A stretch of DNA of 64,000 nucleotides from a virus: positions 32,001 through 96,000 of IMG/VR virus record IMGVR_UViG_3300021962_008382; one strand, 5' to 3'. This document shows positions 43,759 to 53,904 of the stretch, piece by piece (positions within the stretch are counted from its first letter, which is position 1; the number at the start of each line of letters is the position of its first letter). The translations under genes and the position numbers were made by a program. Below the pieces are notes generated by a model. It worked only from the letters and a program-made list of their open reading frames with translations, was not told the DNA's origin and ran no database searches.

Positions 43759-44501
43759 TATAGAACCTCTCCAAATGGGTTAGTTTCAGAGAAATCTAGA
43801 ATACCTGATTCGTCCTCAAAGTTTTCATTTTGTGCAGAGGGGTCAATTACATTAAGCAGGAAGTTTTCTAGGATAAGCGGAACTTCGGCTTCTGCTTCAA
43901 TTAAGAATCTTGAATTATCTTCTAAATCTAAAGTATATTCTTCAGTAATAGAAATAGATTCTATATCTGCTTGATCATTTATTGAGTCGATAGTTGTGTT
44001 GAATCTTTCTGACGAGAACTGCATTAGCTCGCATTCCAGTTTGTATACGTAAAGCTTACCAACCTGGAAAAACGGGTCGCGTGTCTCGACTCTTCTAATC
44101 TCAAAGAAAGAATTTGTAAGAGGGAAGAATAGAACATCACCTTCAGCAGGTCTTGTAGTAAGCGCTGCTGTTCCTGATTTAGCTACTACATCATCCCATC
44201 TTCTTCTCGATACGATAAATGTTGCAGTATCTCTTATCTCTACCCCAAACTTAGAAAGAAGATCACCCTCGCCTTCGAAACCGGTTACGTTACTCATATA
44301 CATCTCCAACGGAAATGCATTATCGTATTTTTGTAAGGCGTCTTCTGTAAAAATCTGGTCTTTATTTACAGCTGTTTTCGGCAGATAATATACATCGAAT
44401 CCATATATTCTCAGGCATTCGATTATGATGTCCTCCATGAGCAGCTGCTCTGAGGCTCTTCCCCCGGGTATACCAGACTGAAAATAAAAGTTAGTGGGCA
44501 T
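43758..44501 (-). CDS. gp14: Neck protein
   Basis: G.DVYYLP, LSKFG.EIRD, RP.EGD, DFSE.NPFG. Confidence 0.95.
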   Translation of the reverse strand: MPTNFYFQSGIPGGRASEQLLMEDIIIECLRIYGFDVYYLPKTAVNKDQIFTEDALQKYDNAFPLEMYMSNVTGFEGEGDLLSKFGVEIRDTATFIVSRRRWDDVVAKSGTAALTTRPAEGDVLFFPLTNSFFEIRRVETRDPFFQVGKLYVYKLECELMQFSSERFNTTIDSINDQADIESISITEEYTLDLEDNSRFLIEAEAEVPLILENFLLNVIDPSAQNENFEDESGILDFSETNPFGEVL

Positions 44502-44569
44502 AGACGGTATCTTTGCGGTGGCCGTAGATTTCAGTTACTGCTATAATGCATATGTCGAACATGAGAGAA

Positions 44570-45523
44570 TCAACCTACAAACATATCAACGGGTAACTGA
44601 TATGTTTTTTCTGCTTCATCTCTAAGTTCTTTTAACTCTTCAGTAGCTTCATCAAAGATCTTTTGACCATTCAGTGTAACACCCCCGGGTAATTGAACAC
44701 CTTCAAATTTCTTTAGATTAACACCCCATTGTTGCTTTAATAATGCAGTTGCGTATCGTTTGAGAAAATGATCGTTATATACGTCAGTGAATGTACTAGG
44801 ATCAAGAATTCTATACGCTTCGATAACAACGTAGTCTCCGATTTCAACATCAGTATTCCAGTCCATATCGATGTACAAACGATTTTGATGTCTATTAAAG
44901 CGAGTAGGTTTTTGTCCTACAAGAATATCATTGATAAGATTAAGCTGCGTCTTAACCTGACTGTAATATATTATATCGGTTGATTGTAAGGAATATAGAT
45001 CGTTTAGCAGGATTTGATATCTAACATCAAACATATCGATTCCTCGAGTCTTGGAGGAAAACGGCATGATCTTTACAACACCTGTAATGTTATCATTTAA
45101 TGAAAGATATTTGTTATCAAAATTACCTAAAGTAACAGAACTAATCACCGCAGAAGTACTTGACGTACCCCCTGAAAACGTCTCACCAGGGGTAAATGTA
45201 CCGGATACATTCTTAATGGATATTCTATTAGCAGAAATATTAGATATTACAGTAGCAGTCGCACCAGAAGATACACCTGTTAGTCTTTCACCATTTAGGA
45301 AAGATGCAGCATTAACCCCGGTAATTTGAAGAGTACTTGCCGTTATCTTCTCAGAAAGATATACAAGCTCAACCGAATCATAGTGAAACTCGCGATAAAA
45401 TTGAAAAGCTTCGTCAATTCTATCTTCGATCTGGTCGTCATCAATATTAATTTCAAGTACAGGATGACCTAATTTTCTCAGACAATAATCTATAAGTTCT
45501 TGTCTAGATGAAGGATTAGCCAT
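44570..45523 (-). CDS. gp13: Neck protein
   Basis: YCLRKLG.PV.EIN, QWG.NL.KF.GVQLPGGVTLNG. Confidence 0.95.
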   Translation of the reverse strand: MANPSSRQELIDYCLRKLGHPVLEINIDDDQIEDRIDEAFQFYREFHYDSVELVYLSEKITASTLQITGVNAASFLNGERLTGVSSGATATVISNISANRISIKNVSGTFTPGETFSGGTSSTSAVISSVTLGNFDNKYLSLNDNITGVVKIMPFSSKTRGIDMFDVRYQILLNDLYSLQSTDIIYYSQVKTQLNLINDILVGQKPTRFNRHQNRLYIDMDWNTDVEIGDYVVIEAYRILDPSTFTDVYNDHFLKRYATALLKQQWGVNLKKFEGVQLPGGVTLNGQKIFDEATEELKELRDEAEKTYQLPVDMFVG

Positions 45524-45562
45524 AAATTTTCCGTAAATTTAATTAATATTTATTCTTTTTAC

Positions 45563-45796
45563 CTACTCATGAATAGGGACTATTTGATATCCTATCAGTT
45601 TTTTAGAGTCAAATACTTTTACGAAGTTATTCGTTTTAAAAGTTATATCACTTCTACTTTGAAATAGACTTTCAAGATGAGTTACAGCGTGATCGGGGTC
45701 GGTGAGTGTACCATTGATTGTTAAGTCAGGGGTAAATTCAATCAAGTGCATTCTGCCGTTTCTATCAATCACGTAAATCTTTTTAGTACTGTTCAT
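45563..45796 (-). CDS. Hypothetical protein
   Basis: Last gene of the enzyme cluster. Confidence 0.6.
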   Translation of the reverse strand: MNSTKKIYVIDRNGRMHLIEFTPDLTINGTLTDPDHAVTHLESLFQSRSDITFKTNNFVKVFDSKKLIGYQIVPIHE

Positions 45797-45798
45797 AG

Positions 45799-46722
45799 TT
45801 ACCTCTTAGTATTGATACGTCTAATCATATCTTCAATTGCTAGGTTATTTATTGCAGTATATCTGCTATCATACATCTTAGGTTCTTGAAACTCTTCAAA
45901 TACCTCATCAGTATCATCTATCCAGAATAATAAATCAGGATTTAAAATGCTGCGTTGTTCGTCGAGAGGGCAGACTGAATTAATTAGTACAATATCATCT
46001 GCGGCCGAATTACGAGCCATAGTTAAAAGTCTGTTAGTATGTCGTAACCTACCTCCTTCTGTATAGTCAATATCTTTATGTATTACTCTCTGTTCTCTAC
46101 TATTAAGTACTCTGCACTGATCAAAATGCTTTGTTAGTTCATCTACTACTAGCTTTCTACTCGAACCGGGCTTACCCATTACTAAAACTCTGAAGTGTCT
46201 ATCAGTTATTAATCTATAATATTGAACTAAATTTGAATCCAGTGTATGGAATACCCACGGTCTTATAAAAACACCTTGATTTGGTTCTAGCATTACGTTA
46301 GTGTGTAGATCCCATTCGAATAAGTTTCTGTAGTTAAATTCATAACCCTCTAAAGCAGATTTTGCATCTATTGCCCCGTTTTTATTTTTATGATGAAATA
46401 AATTTAAGGTATTTTTTTCAAGTGCTACTATGAAACACCATTCATTGAGAGAGTTAAAATCTTCGAAATGAATAATGTTGTTGAAGGGTCTACGAAATAT
46501 TCCAGATCTTTTATGATCAATTATTACGCGTTCGCCCAGTACTCTACCTAATATAGGTTCTAACCCGCTTAAAACCATATTAAAATTATCTAGCTCGTAA
46601 CCGTACTCTTTTTCGCTGAACCTAATATCTCTGACTACAGCTGCGCAGCGCTCTACATCTCCAGCTGGAAAAAATCCATCTGCATGGAGCATTTTTACCA
46701 TGGGTCTATTAGATGCTTTCAC
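45799..46722 (-). CDS. Fusion of a 2OG-Fe(II)-oxygenase-like domain and a degenerate APS-kinase-like domain
   Basis: N-half DGFF, IHFED, VFH; C-half aligns by eye to 11510-11962. Confidence 0.6.
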   Translation of the reverse strand: MKASNRPMVKMLHADGFFPAGDVERCAAVVRDIRFSEKEYGYELDNFNMVLSGLEPILGRVLGERVIIDHKRSGIFRRPFNNIIHFEDFNSLNEWCFIVALEKNTLNLFHHKNKNGAIDAKSALEGYEFNYRNLFEWDLHTNVMLEPNQGVFIRPWVFHTLDSNLVQYYRLITDRHFRVLVMGKPGSSRKLVVDELTKHFDQCRVLNSREQRVIHKDIDYTEGGRLRHTNRLLTMARNSAADDIVLINSVCPLDEQRSILNPDLLFWIDDTDEVFEEFQEPKMYDSRYTAINNLAIEDMIRRINTKR

Positions 46723-47491
46723 AAACTTTCTCCGCTATAGATCTGTAAATATCGCTTATTTTACCGGTATTAAAAGCTATAGGTATTCCTTGATCTGCTT
46801 TTATTCTAATTGATGTCTGAAGAGGTATCTTACCGAGAACTGGTACTGAATACTTCTCACTTAAACTATCAGCACCATTTTCCCCAAAAATATAATCGAC
46901 ATTATTACAATGGTTACACAAGTGTCCACTCATATTTTCTACAATACCCACTATCTTAATATTTCTTTGTACGAATAGCTCAATACCTTTCTTACAATCT
47001 AATAATGCTACATCTTGAGGGGTTGTTACGATTACAGCTTTAGCGTGTGGAATAATCTCACAAAGTGATATCTGAATATCACCGGTACCCGGGGGCATGT
47101 CAACTATAAGATAATCCAATTCACCCCATACCGTATTTAATAATAAGTTTTTAAGGGCAACAGTGGCCATTGGTCCTCGCCAACTTACAGCTTGATCATC
47201 TCTAATACTACTAGCTATCGACATTATTTTTAGTTGGTAAGCTTCAAACGGTAAAGTAAATTTTTTATCTTCTGTAAGATTATATGGTTGATTGTTCTCC
47301 AATCCGAACATCATAAACTGACTAGGACCGTATATGTCAGAATCAAACATACCTACTTTAAGATTTAACATAGAAAGAGAAGCTGCAAGATTAGCTGCAA
47401 CAGTACTCTTACCCACACCTCCTTTTCCAGAGGAAACTAAAATAACATTTTTTATTTGCTCTATACCCATATTATTCCGAATAAATGTCAT
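46709..47491 (-). CDS. mrp: Mrp/NBP35 (ApbC) Fe-S cluster carrier ATPase
   Basis: SGKGGVGKST, DIYGPS, WRGPM, DMPPGTGD, ENMS...CNHC. Confidence 0.95.
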   Translation of the reverse strand: MTFIRNNMGIEQIKNVILVSSGKGGVGKSTVAANLAASLSMLNLKVGMFDSDIYGPSQFMMFGLENNQPYNLTEDKKFTLPFEAYQLKIMSIASSIRDDQAVSWRGPMATVALKNLLLNTVWGELDYLIVDMPPGTGDIQISLCEIIPHAKAVIVTTPQDVALLDCKKGIELFVQRNIKIVGIVENMSGHLCNHCNNVDYIFGENGADSLSEKYSVPVLGKIPLQTSIRIKADQGIPIAFNTGKISDIYRSIAEKVCESI

Positions 47492-48407
47492 GGTTAATAA
47501 TATTACACCAATGTTTCAACTCAGTTTTTGAGAAAGACATTATACCATCGTTTATTCTATCTGTAAATTCGCCGTCTACACCTCCGAGCCTGATAGGGTT
47601 ATATACAGGCTGTCTATCTTCTTTCCTAAAAATCCTGAAATGATCTGGATATGTTACATTTTTCTCGAAAGTTGAGCCCATGAATACAGCACCGGGCTTA
47701 TCAAACGCGCGCGCCATATGCTGACCAACCGAATCACACCCTACAAAATAATCACACTCACTAATTAAAGCCATAAACATTCGAAGATCAGTATTAAGAT
47801 TTTGAAAATCTACCGATATATTATCGCCCGGATGTCTAAGTTCCTTAGGACCGAAAAAGAATATTAAACTATCTTTGCTAATATTTTCTATCATATAGAG
47901 ATAGTCGTCGCAATCTAAGCTCCGATGAGAAGTATCATAAGGCCTATTATTATTAATCTGCATTGAACTGCCGTAAGGCTGAAATACAATTACTTTACTC
48001 TTATTTTTATTCGTTTTAAACTCCTGTATTATTCTTTTAACCGAATTTTTTTCGTATGTACTTAGATATAGATTAGGCTTGGTAAGATCTGAATGATCTT
48101 CGGTCTTATTTATTTCTCGATCAAAAGCTTCAGTAAGAGAAATCTTCTGATTATAATAATCATAAAGATAGTAAGGCTCTGGGCACACAACAATATTAGG
48201 CTTTACATAATTATCAAATATATCTTTCTGATGTATACCTATAGTTCGCTGTTGAAGTAGAGGATGACTCCAGTACAGACTCTCCCACCCATGAACAAGC
48301 ACCTTAAAGTTATTACCCGGGTTGAGACGATGAAATTTCTCTAAAGCGGGTATTGCCGTTATAACCCTACCTGCACCACCGTTAATTATAAAAGTTGTAT
48401 TAGTCAT
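47472..48407 (-). CDS. GT9-like glycosyltransferase
   Basis: GGAGRVI.AIPAL, CDYFVGCDSVGQHMARAFDKP. Confidence 0.8.
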   Translation of the reverse strand: MTNTTFIINGGAGRVITAIPALEKFHRLNPGNNFKVLVHGWESLYWSHPLLQQRTIGIHQKDIFDNYVKPNIVVCPEPYYLYDYYNQKISLTEAFDREINKTEDHSDLTKPNLYLSTYEKNSVKRIIQEFKTNKNKSKVIVFQPYGSSMQINNNRPYDTSHRSLDCDDYLYMIENISKDSLIFFFGPKELRHPGDNISVDFQNLNTDLRMFMALISECDYFVGCDSVGQHMARAFDKPGAVFMGSTFEKNVTYPDHFRIFRKEDRQPVYNPIRLGGVDGEFTDRINDGIMSFSKTELKHWCNIINHDIYSE

Positions 48408-49065
48408 TTATTAACATATTCCAGGGGGCAATGATACCCTCACAATGTATACTTTCTACTTCCATTAATTTAGATTTATCAATATACATGAACATAGCTT
48501 CTTCAATAGTTATGCCTTGAACTAAGTGTTCATAAAATGATTTGGATATTAAATTACCCATATTATCAATTAGCGTACCACATACGGACCAAAGTCTTGT
48601 GTGTAGGGATATAGCATTATAATCGTTAGTATGGCGAGTTTTAAATACATAACAGTCGTGTAGATTATTATAAAAATTAATATCGAATTGATCACTTAGT
48701 TTATATCGACCAGATATCTTAAAGATTCTCTTTGGAGCTAATTTATTTAGTATTATTAGATCTAAAGCTACTAGTAACATATATGCTTCGCCAGCACCTT
48801 TTGCACCTGAATTGTTTAGCTCTTTACAAGGTGTTCTACTTCCAATATCAATAAAGAAGGTTACATTTTTTGAAAGCTCATTATACCATTTATTTTCAAG
48901 AGGAAAAGAAGAATTATCTATTAAGATAATTATTGCAGCTGGATCTTTTTTCTTTATAGAATCTATAGTTTCGAGTGTTTGTAGATACCGATCACTTATC
49001 GAAATATGTCCCCATGGTGTGTTTATAGTAGATGTGATAATAAAGATATTATTTAGTATACTCAT
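48400..49065 (-). CDS. Glycosyltransferase-associated hypothetical protein
   Basis: IITS.IN, R..QT.ETI.SI, IDNS, FKISGRY; start adjusted to MSILN. Confidence 0.6.
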   Translation of the reverse strand: MSILNNIFIITSTINTPWGHISISDRYLQTLETIDSIKKKDPAAIIILIDNSSFPLENKWYNELSKNVTFFIDIGSRTPCKELNNSGAKGAGEAYMLLVALDLIILNKLAPKRIFKISGRYKLSDQFDINFYNNLHDCYVFKTRHTNDYNAISLHTRLWSVCGTLIDNMGNLISKSFYEHLVQGITIEEAMFMYIDKSKLMEVESIHCEGIIAPWNMLIND

Positions 49066-49831
49066 CCCACCAGGTTTCCCATTTAATAAAAGGGTCTTTC
49101 TGCTGATCAAACTGTAAATGTAATGCTAGACTTGGTATAGGATTAAATCTTATCGCTCGATTATCTAACCAAATATTCCATATGGTGTTTGATTCTTCAT
49201 AATGTTCTGTTCTAGGTTTAAGATAATTCCCGTTATATTTAAGTGCCAAGGTCTCAAACAGCCCCCAGTTAGATTTAAATATCTGAGGTGTAGTGAATAA
49301 GACATTTGTAGTAAAAACACCGGTACGCCAATGCCTGTTAGAGCCATGTACAATAAAATCCGTTCTACTTGGGGGATTATATTCACTTGGTTCATCAAAA
49401 GGGTACAATACTATATCATCTCGCTTTAATCTATCAGAGAAGGTATAAAAACTATCAATCATTTCTTGAATAGCAGAAGGCTGGTGCAGATAGTCATCTT
49501 CAACGGAGTATACTAAATCTGCATGACTATCTCTACATAGCAACCATTGTTGATGCGCTGAATAATTGTACCCCTGCTCCGGTAAAGATATAAACTCACC
49601 GTTAACTTCTTCTATTATTTGTTTTATCTTACTAACAGTTTCCTCAGAGGAACTATCATCTAATACTGTTAATTTGATAAGTACATCGCGTACATTTTTT
49701 ATACTATTTACAAGCGATCTAGTACAGCCTACAACAATATCATTTTTTGGAATATCACAGTATCTTACTCTCCAATCTACGTGAACGTTAGTTCTGTCAC
49801 AGGTTCTTAAGATAATATCTAATGTTTTCAT
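49049..49831 (-). CDS. GT2-like glycosyltransferase
   Basis: VLDDSS, VYSVEDDYLH. Confidence 0.75.
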   Translation of the reverse strand: MKTLDIILRTCDRTNVHVDWRVRYCDIPKNDIVVGCTRSLVNSIKNVRDVLIKLTVLDDSSSEETVSKIKQIIEEVNGEFISLPEQGYNYSAHQQWLLCRDSHADLVYSVEDDYLHQPSAIQEMIDSFYTFSDRLKRDDIVLYPFDEPSEYNPPSRTDFIVHGSNRHWRTGVFTTNVLFTTPQIFKSNWGLFETLALKYNGNYLKPRTEHYEESNTIWNIWLDNRAIRFNPIPSLALHLQFDQQKDPFIKWETWWDEYTK

Positions 49832-49849
49832 GACTTTATTATTTCAACA

Positions 49850-50620
49850 TTATTTACGCCAAACTTCTAAACCATGATACTTATTTAAAATGTCCGGGGG
49901 TAGGATAAAATCCCTAGCCTTGAATTCTACTCGCTTTCTTACATCATGTAGCTTTATACCGATTTCCTGATCATACTCATCCCAACTTGCTTCTACATTG
50001 TTAAAATCATGCTGAAAATAAGGCTCATCAATAAAATTATACAGGGCTTTTAACATTTGCTCAGGTTGTTTAGCTAGTTGCTCATACTCTAAGATAAAAA
50101 GTAAATTTTTTTCTAGACCGGTTATTGCTTGCTTAATACCCACATAAGGAAAACCTACTACACCGGCTTCTGAAAAAAGGGATTCTGCTCTGGAATAAAC
50201 CGAACCTGAAAGACCCCCGGTTACTGTATTAGTTGAGAAAGGATTGCGTCTGTGCGCTAGTTCAAAACTATCCAAGACCCAGTTAATATCTCTAACACAT
50301 ACAATAAATTTAGATTTAGGGTAAAGATCTTTTATAACACCCGTTAAATATGTCCAAGCGCGATTAGTATTAAAAATAATCGGCTTATCAACATCTTGAT
50401 AGAAACCGTCAAACAACCCGGCAACTATATTTTTTCTTCGCTGTACAGGAACCTCTGCTTTCGACCCGGGGCTATCTTGTGTAGCCTCAATTACCCCTTT
50501 TACTAAATTAGCTAAAGGGTCGGTGATAGAGGAATGAAAGCGGGGGTTCTGTCTTAGTATTGAGGTAAGAAGGGTTGACCCTGATCGCGGTAAGCCAGTT
50601 ATAAAATGATATTGTTTCAT
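49850..50620 (-). CDS. PAPS-dependent sulfotransferase
   Basis: 5'-PSB GLPRSGSTLL, 3'-PB VRD...VLDS, YE.L...P. Confidence 0.9.
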   Translation of the reverse strand: MKQYHFITGLPRSGSTLLTSILRQNPRFHSSITDPLANLVKGVIEATQDSPGSKAEVPVQRRKNIVAGLFDGFYQDVDKPIIFNTNRAWTYLTGVIKDLYPKSKFIVCVRDINWVLDSFELAHRRNPFSTNTVTGGLSGSVYSRAESLFSEAGVVGFPYVGIKQAITGLEKNLLFILEYEQLAKQPEQMLKALYNFIDEPYFQHDFNNVEASWDEYDQEIGIKLHDVRKRVEFKARDFILPPDILNKYHGLEVWRK

Positions 50621-51972
50621 AATTTACTCATTAATTTAAGTACTTCTTGTTTAACATTATTAAGCGGTGTGTGCCAATCTCTCACTTTAGTTTGTTTGTG
50701 AACTTGAAAATTGTCACCATACCAAGGGGTAGTGGTACCTTTATGCGAAGTGGACCAGATATAGTATTCAGCAATAGGTACAACAACAAAGCATGTCTTT
50801 CCTATCGCTCCTGCTGCATGTACTAAACTGGTGCAGCTGCTTACAATACAATCCATTTGATCAATAAAATCTAAAGTATCCTCCCAAGTATCAATTCTAC
50901 TGCCTAAGTCAATACAACCTGGGTGACCATCTTCTTTATCAATGTAATAAACCTCTGCACCCTCAGGTATATAGCTGAGCAACAACTCAAGAGGTATCTT
51001 GCGGTATTCATCTTGGGAAAAATATGGATTACCGGAACATTTAATACCTATCTTAAATTTGTCACTATTGATTTTATTTTTAGGATTCCTTACCGGGATA
51101 AGATAAGGTTTTCGCCAAAGCTTATCCTCAGTTAAATTAAGATACCCAGGCAAGCTCATCATAGGAGTCCATAGCTGTCTTCTATCTATAGAGTATGTTT
51201 CAGTTATTACTTCATATCCGTTGCGACGAAACAGACTAACTGTATCCTCTCTATACTTTGACCAAGTAGAATATAATATTGGTCTCATACCTAGATCTTT
51301 AATATGATCAAAGAATCTTATGTTAATTATCTCGTCACCAATACCTCCCTCACCATCAACGTAAATAATTCTGCCTGGTTGAATTGTACCGGACCATTTA
51401 GTCATACCTAAAGCATCTTCAAATCTTCCGTTCTTAGGTTTAATAGAGCCCATGAACGCCAGTACACCTTCAGCGATCCTTCCTTCTCTTAATACCTTTC
51501 CGCTTAAAGCATTCTTCATATCATCAGCTTTTTCAGGGTGTTTTTCAGCCAAAGAAAGTAACAAATCTTCGGAAGTTTTTCTATCACCCATTAAAGCTAT
51601 ATTAAATGCTCTTTGTGTTTGAGTTTCAAAATCATCTGGGGTTAATTTTAAATTAAGATCGATATAGAAAAGAGCTTTTTCCGGCTGATTCAATGCATTA
51701 TAGGCTTTATATAAATTAGCGCGAGCAATGTAAAGTTGATCGGCGTTTTCAGCTCTAGAGTAAGCAGCCTCTGCACATTTCAAGTAAAGAGGTCTATGCT
51801 CTGCTTTTAGGGAAAGATATCCAAGTGTATCAAAATCTTCTACTGAATCTGCACGCTTAAAGTAATGTTCAAGCATTTCAAAAACGATTTTTCGTTTTTC
51901 ATTACCAAGCAAATCCATTACAACAGTAGTTAAATCTTGGATCTTAAATTCTTTATTCTTTAATGACGACAA
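50617..51972 (-). CDS. TPR-repeat plus GT9-like glycosyltransferase
   Basis: Helical TPR-like N-half; EGGIGD.I...RF, MSLP, EDT...I..MD.IVS.CTSLVH.AGA.GK. Confidence 0.85.
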   Translation of the reverse strand: MSSLKNKEFKIQDLTTVVMDLLGNEKRKIVFEMLEHYFKRADSVEDFDTLGYLSLKAEHRPLYLKCAEAAYSRAENADQLYIARANLYKAYNALNQPEKALFYIDLNLKLTPDDFETQTQRAFNIALMGDRKTSEDLLLSLAEKHPEKADDMKNALSGKVLREGRIAEGVLAFMGSIKPKNGRFEDALGMTKWSGTIQPGRIIYVDGEGGIGDEIINIRFFDHIKDLGMRPILYSTWSKYREDTVSLFRRNGYEVITETYSIDRRQLWTPMMSLPGYLNLTEDKLWRKPYLIPVRNPKNKINSDKFKIGIKCSGNPYFSQDEYRKIPLELLLSYIPEGAEVYYIDKEDGHPGCIDLGSRIDTWEDTLDFIDQMDCIVSSCTSLVHAAGAIGKTCFVVVPIAEYYIWSTSHKGTTTPWYGDNFQVHKQTKVRDWHTPLNNVKQEVLKLMSKL

Positions 51973-52510
51973 GTTTCACCCACAATTCTTCAATAATATT
52001 ATTATGTTGTTTTAAATAAGCTTCTACTTCATTTCGCGGCATGCCTACAAACTGATCTTTAAATTCTTTAGAAGGTATGTAATTCCAGTCTAAAATCTCA
52101 AAATCAACACCAAAATAAAAACCTAATCTCGAAGAAGCAGCGCCCTGCTCTTCGCACAGTCTGTTGTGTTTTTTACTAAATAAAAGCAGACCACCAACAG
52201 TTACTGGTCTACGATGAGTGGGATCGTCGTAGAAGTAATCGTGTCGATGATGGGGTACACGTATATCGATAGTAGCACCGTGCTTGCAGACTCGATACAG
52301 TTCTTGCAAGCAATGGAAGTAGCCCTCTCCTAGATGCTCTAATACATGATGGGCTACAACTACTTCGACGGAATTGTCCGGGAAGGGGAAAGGATCTTTT
52401 TCTAAATTAAAACAATAATCTGGATTTTCTCTAGCATCATAATCACAGGTTACGAAACCTTCAATTTTTGTTGACCCTGCACCAATATTAATCTTCATAA
52501 TTTTATCCAA
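51953..52510 (-). CDS. Class I SAM-dependent methyltransferase-like protein
   Basis: NIGAG, PFPDNSV, HVLEHL, ELYRVCK.G, DPTH. Confidence 0.85.
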   Translation of the reverse strand: MDKIMKINIGAGSTKIEGFVTCDYDARENPDYCFNLEKDPFPFPDNSVEVVVAHHVLEHLGEGYFHCLQELYRVCKHGATIDIRVPHHRHDYFYDDPTHRRPVTVGGLLLFSKKHNRLCEEQGAASSRLGFYFGVDFEILDWNYIPSKEFKDQFVGMPRNEVEAYLKQHNNIIEELWVKLVVIKE

Positions 52511-52553
52511 GTAAAAATAACAAATTAAATTATATAGTATATTTTATTAAAAA

Positions 52554-53903
52554 TCAATACTTTTGAATACCAAGTGAGTGTAATCTTCCAGCACTTACTT
52601 CGTACCAGCCAACAGAACCCCCTACGACAGAAACGGGCGATGATCTTGATGATGACTGGTTTTCCCCTAACATACCGTCGGCGTTATTACCCCAAGCCCA
52701 AGCTGTTCCATTTCGTCTTACTGCTAACGAATGACCGTATTTACCTGCGCTTATTTGACACCAGTCAGTAAATCCTCCTACCACGGAAACCGGTGATGTT
52801 CTATCAGTAGCACTATTATCCCCTAACTGACCATTGGCATTACGACCCCAGGCCAGTAGGCTACTATTACCTACAATACCTAGCGAATGACAATACCCAG
52901 CACTTACTTGACTCCAATTACTAAAGCCTCCTATGATAGATACAGGTGATGAGCGGCTAGTAGTTGTATTATCGCCTATCTGTCCGCAGTTATTCCTTCC
53001 CCACCCCCATGCTGTACCGTTCTGTCTTACGGCTAATGAATGACCACCGCCAGCACTTATTTGACACCAGTCGGTGAAGCCACCCACAACTGATACAGGC
53101 GAGGATTTGCTAACAGTAGTATTATCACCTAGTTGACCGTCAGTAGCACAACCCCAACTCCACACCGTACCATTAGTTCTTAGTGCAAGGGAAAACTTAA
53201 ATCCGGCACTTACTTGACACCAGTCAGTAAACCCTCCTACCACAGAAACCGGGGATGATCGTGGTATATTAGTACTGTTATTACCTAACACACCATAATT
53301 ACCAAACCCCCATGCCCAAAGAGTACCATTCTCTCTTAAACCTAAGGAATGACAGAATGCAGATACCTGACACCAATCGGTAAAACCTCCTACTACGGAG
53401 ACTGGGGAGGATCTATGTAAATTACAATTATCACCTAAATTTCCGCTACCATACTGCCCCCAACTCCATGCGGTGCCGTTATTTCTAACTGCCAATGAAT
53501 GATTAACACCGGCGCTTATATCATACCAGTCAGTAAAACCACCTGCAACCGAAACGGGGGAGGATCTATCATTAACATCGCCCAACCCGAGTTTGCCTCG
53601 ATAATTGTCACCCCACCCCCACGCTTGACCTGACGTACAGTCCTGTCGTAAAATACGGTTGTCTAGAGACATCCAACAACCAGCACCGGCTACTACCGGT
53701 ATACAGAGAGATTGTACAAATATTACTGTACCTACTGAAATACTATTAGTAGCTTGATCAGGTAAATCACCCGTATCAGACACTACTATTGAACGATTAG
53801 TAGTAGCATTGCTAGTTTCAGCAGCGAGTACAACCATCTCGGTTACTTCAGAGTTGGCTGTTAAATTTGTTATACAAGTTTGAATTTCACTGAGTGTTGG
53901 CAT
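52554..53903 (-). CDS. RCC1-repeat beta-propeller protein 6
   Basis: Seven blades of the form WG.N..G.LGDN....SSPVSVVGGFTDWCQVSAG..HSL. Confidence 0.93.
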   Translation of the reverse strand: MPTLSEIQTCITNLTANSEVTEMVVLAAETSNATTNRSIVVSDTGDLPDQATNSISVGTVIFVQSLCIPVVAGAGCWMSLDNRILRQDCTSGQAWGWGDNYRGKLGLGDVNDRSSPVSVAGGFTDWYDISAGVNHSLAVRNNGTAWSWGQYGSGNLGDNCNLHRSSPVSVVGGFTDWCQVSAFCHSLGLRENGTLWAWGFGNYGVLGNNSTNIPRSSPVSVVGGFTDWCQVSAGFKFSLALRTNGTVWSWGCATDGQLGDNTTVSKSSPVSVVGGFTDWCQISAGGGHSLAVRQNGTAWGWGRNNCGQIGDNTTTSRSSPVSIIGGFSNWSQVSAGYCHSLGIVGNSSLLAWGRNANGQLGDNSATDRTSPVSVVGGFTDWCQISAGKYGHSLAVRRNGTAWAWGNNADGMLGENQSSSRSSPVSVVGGSVGWYEVSAGRLHSLGIQKY

Positions 53904-53904
53904 T

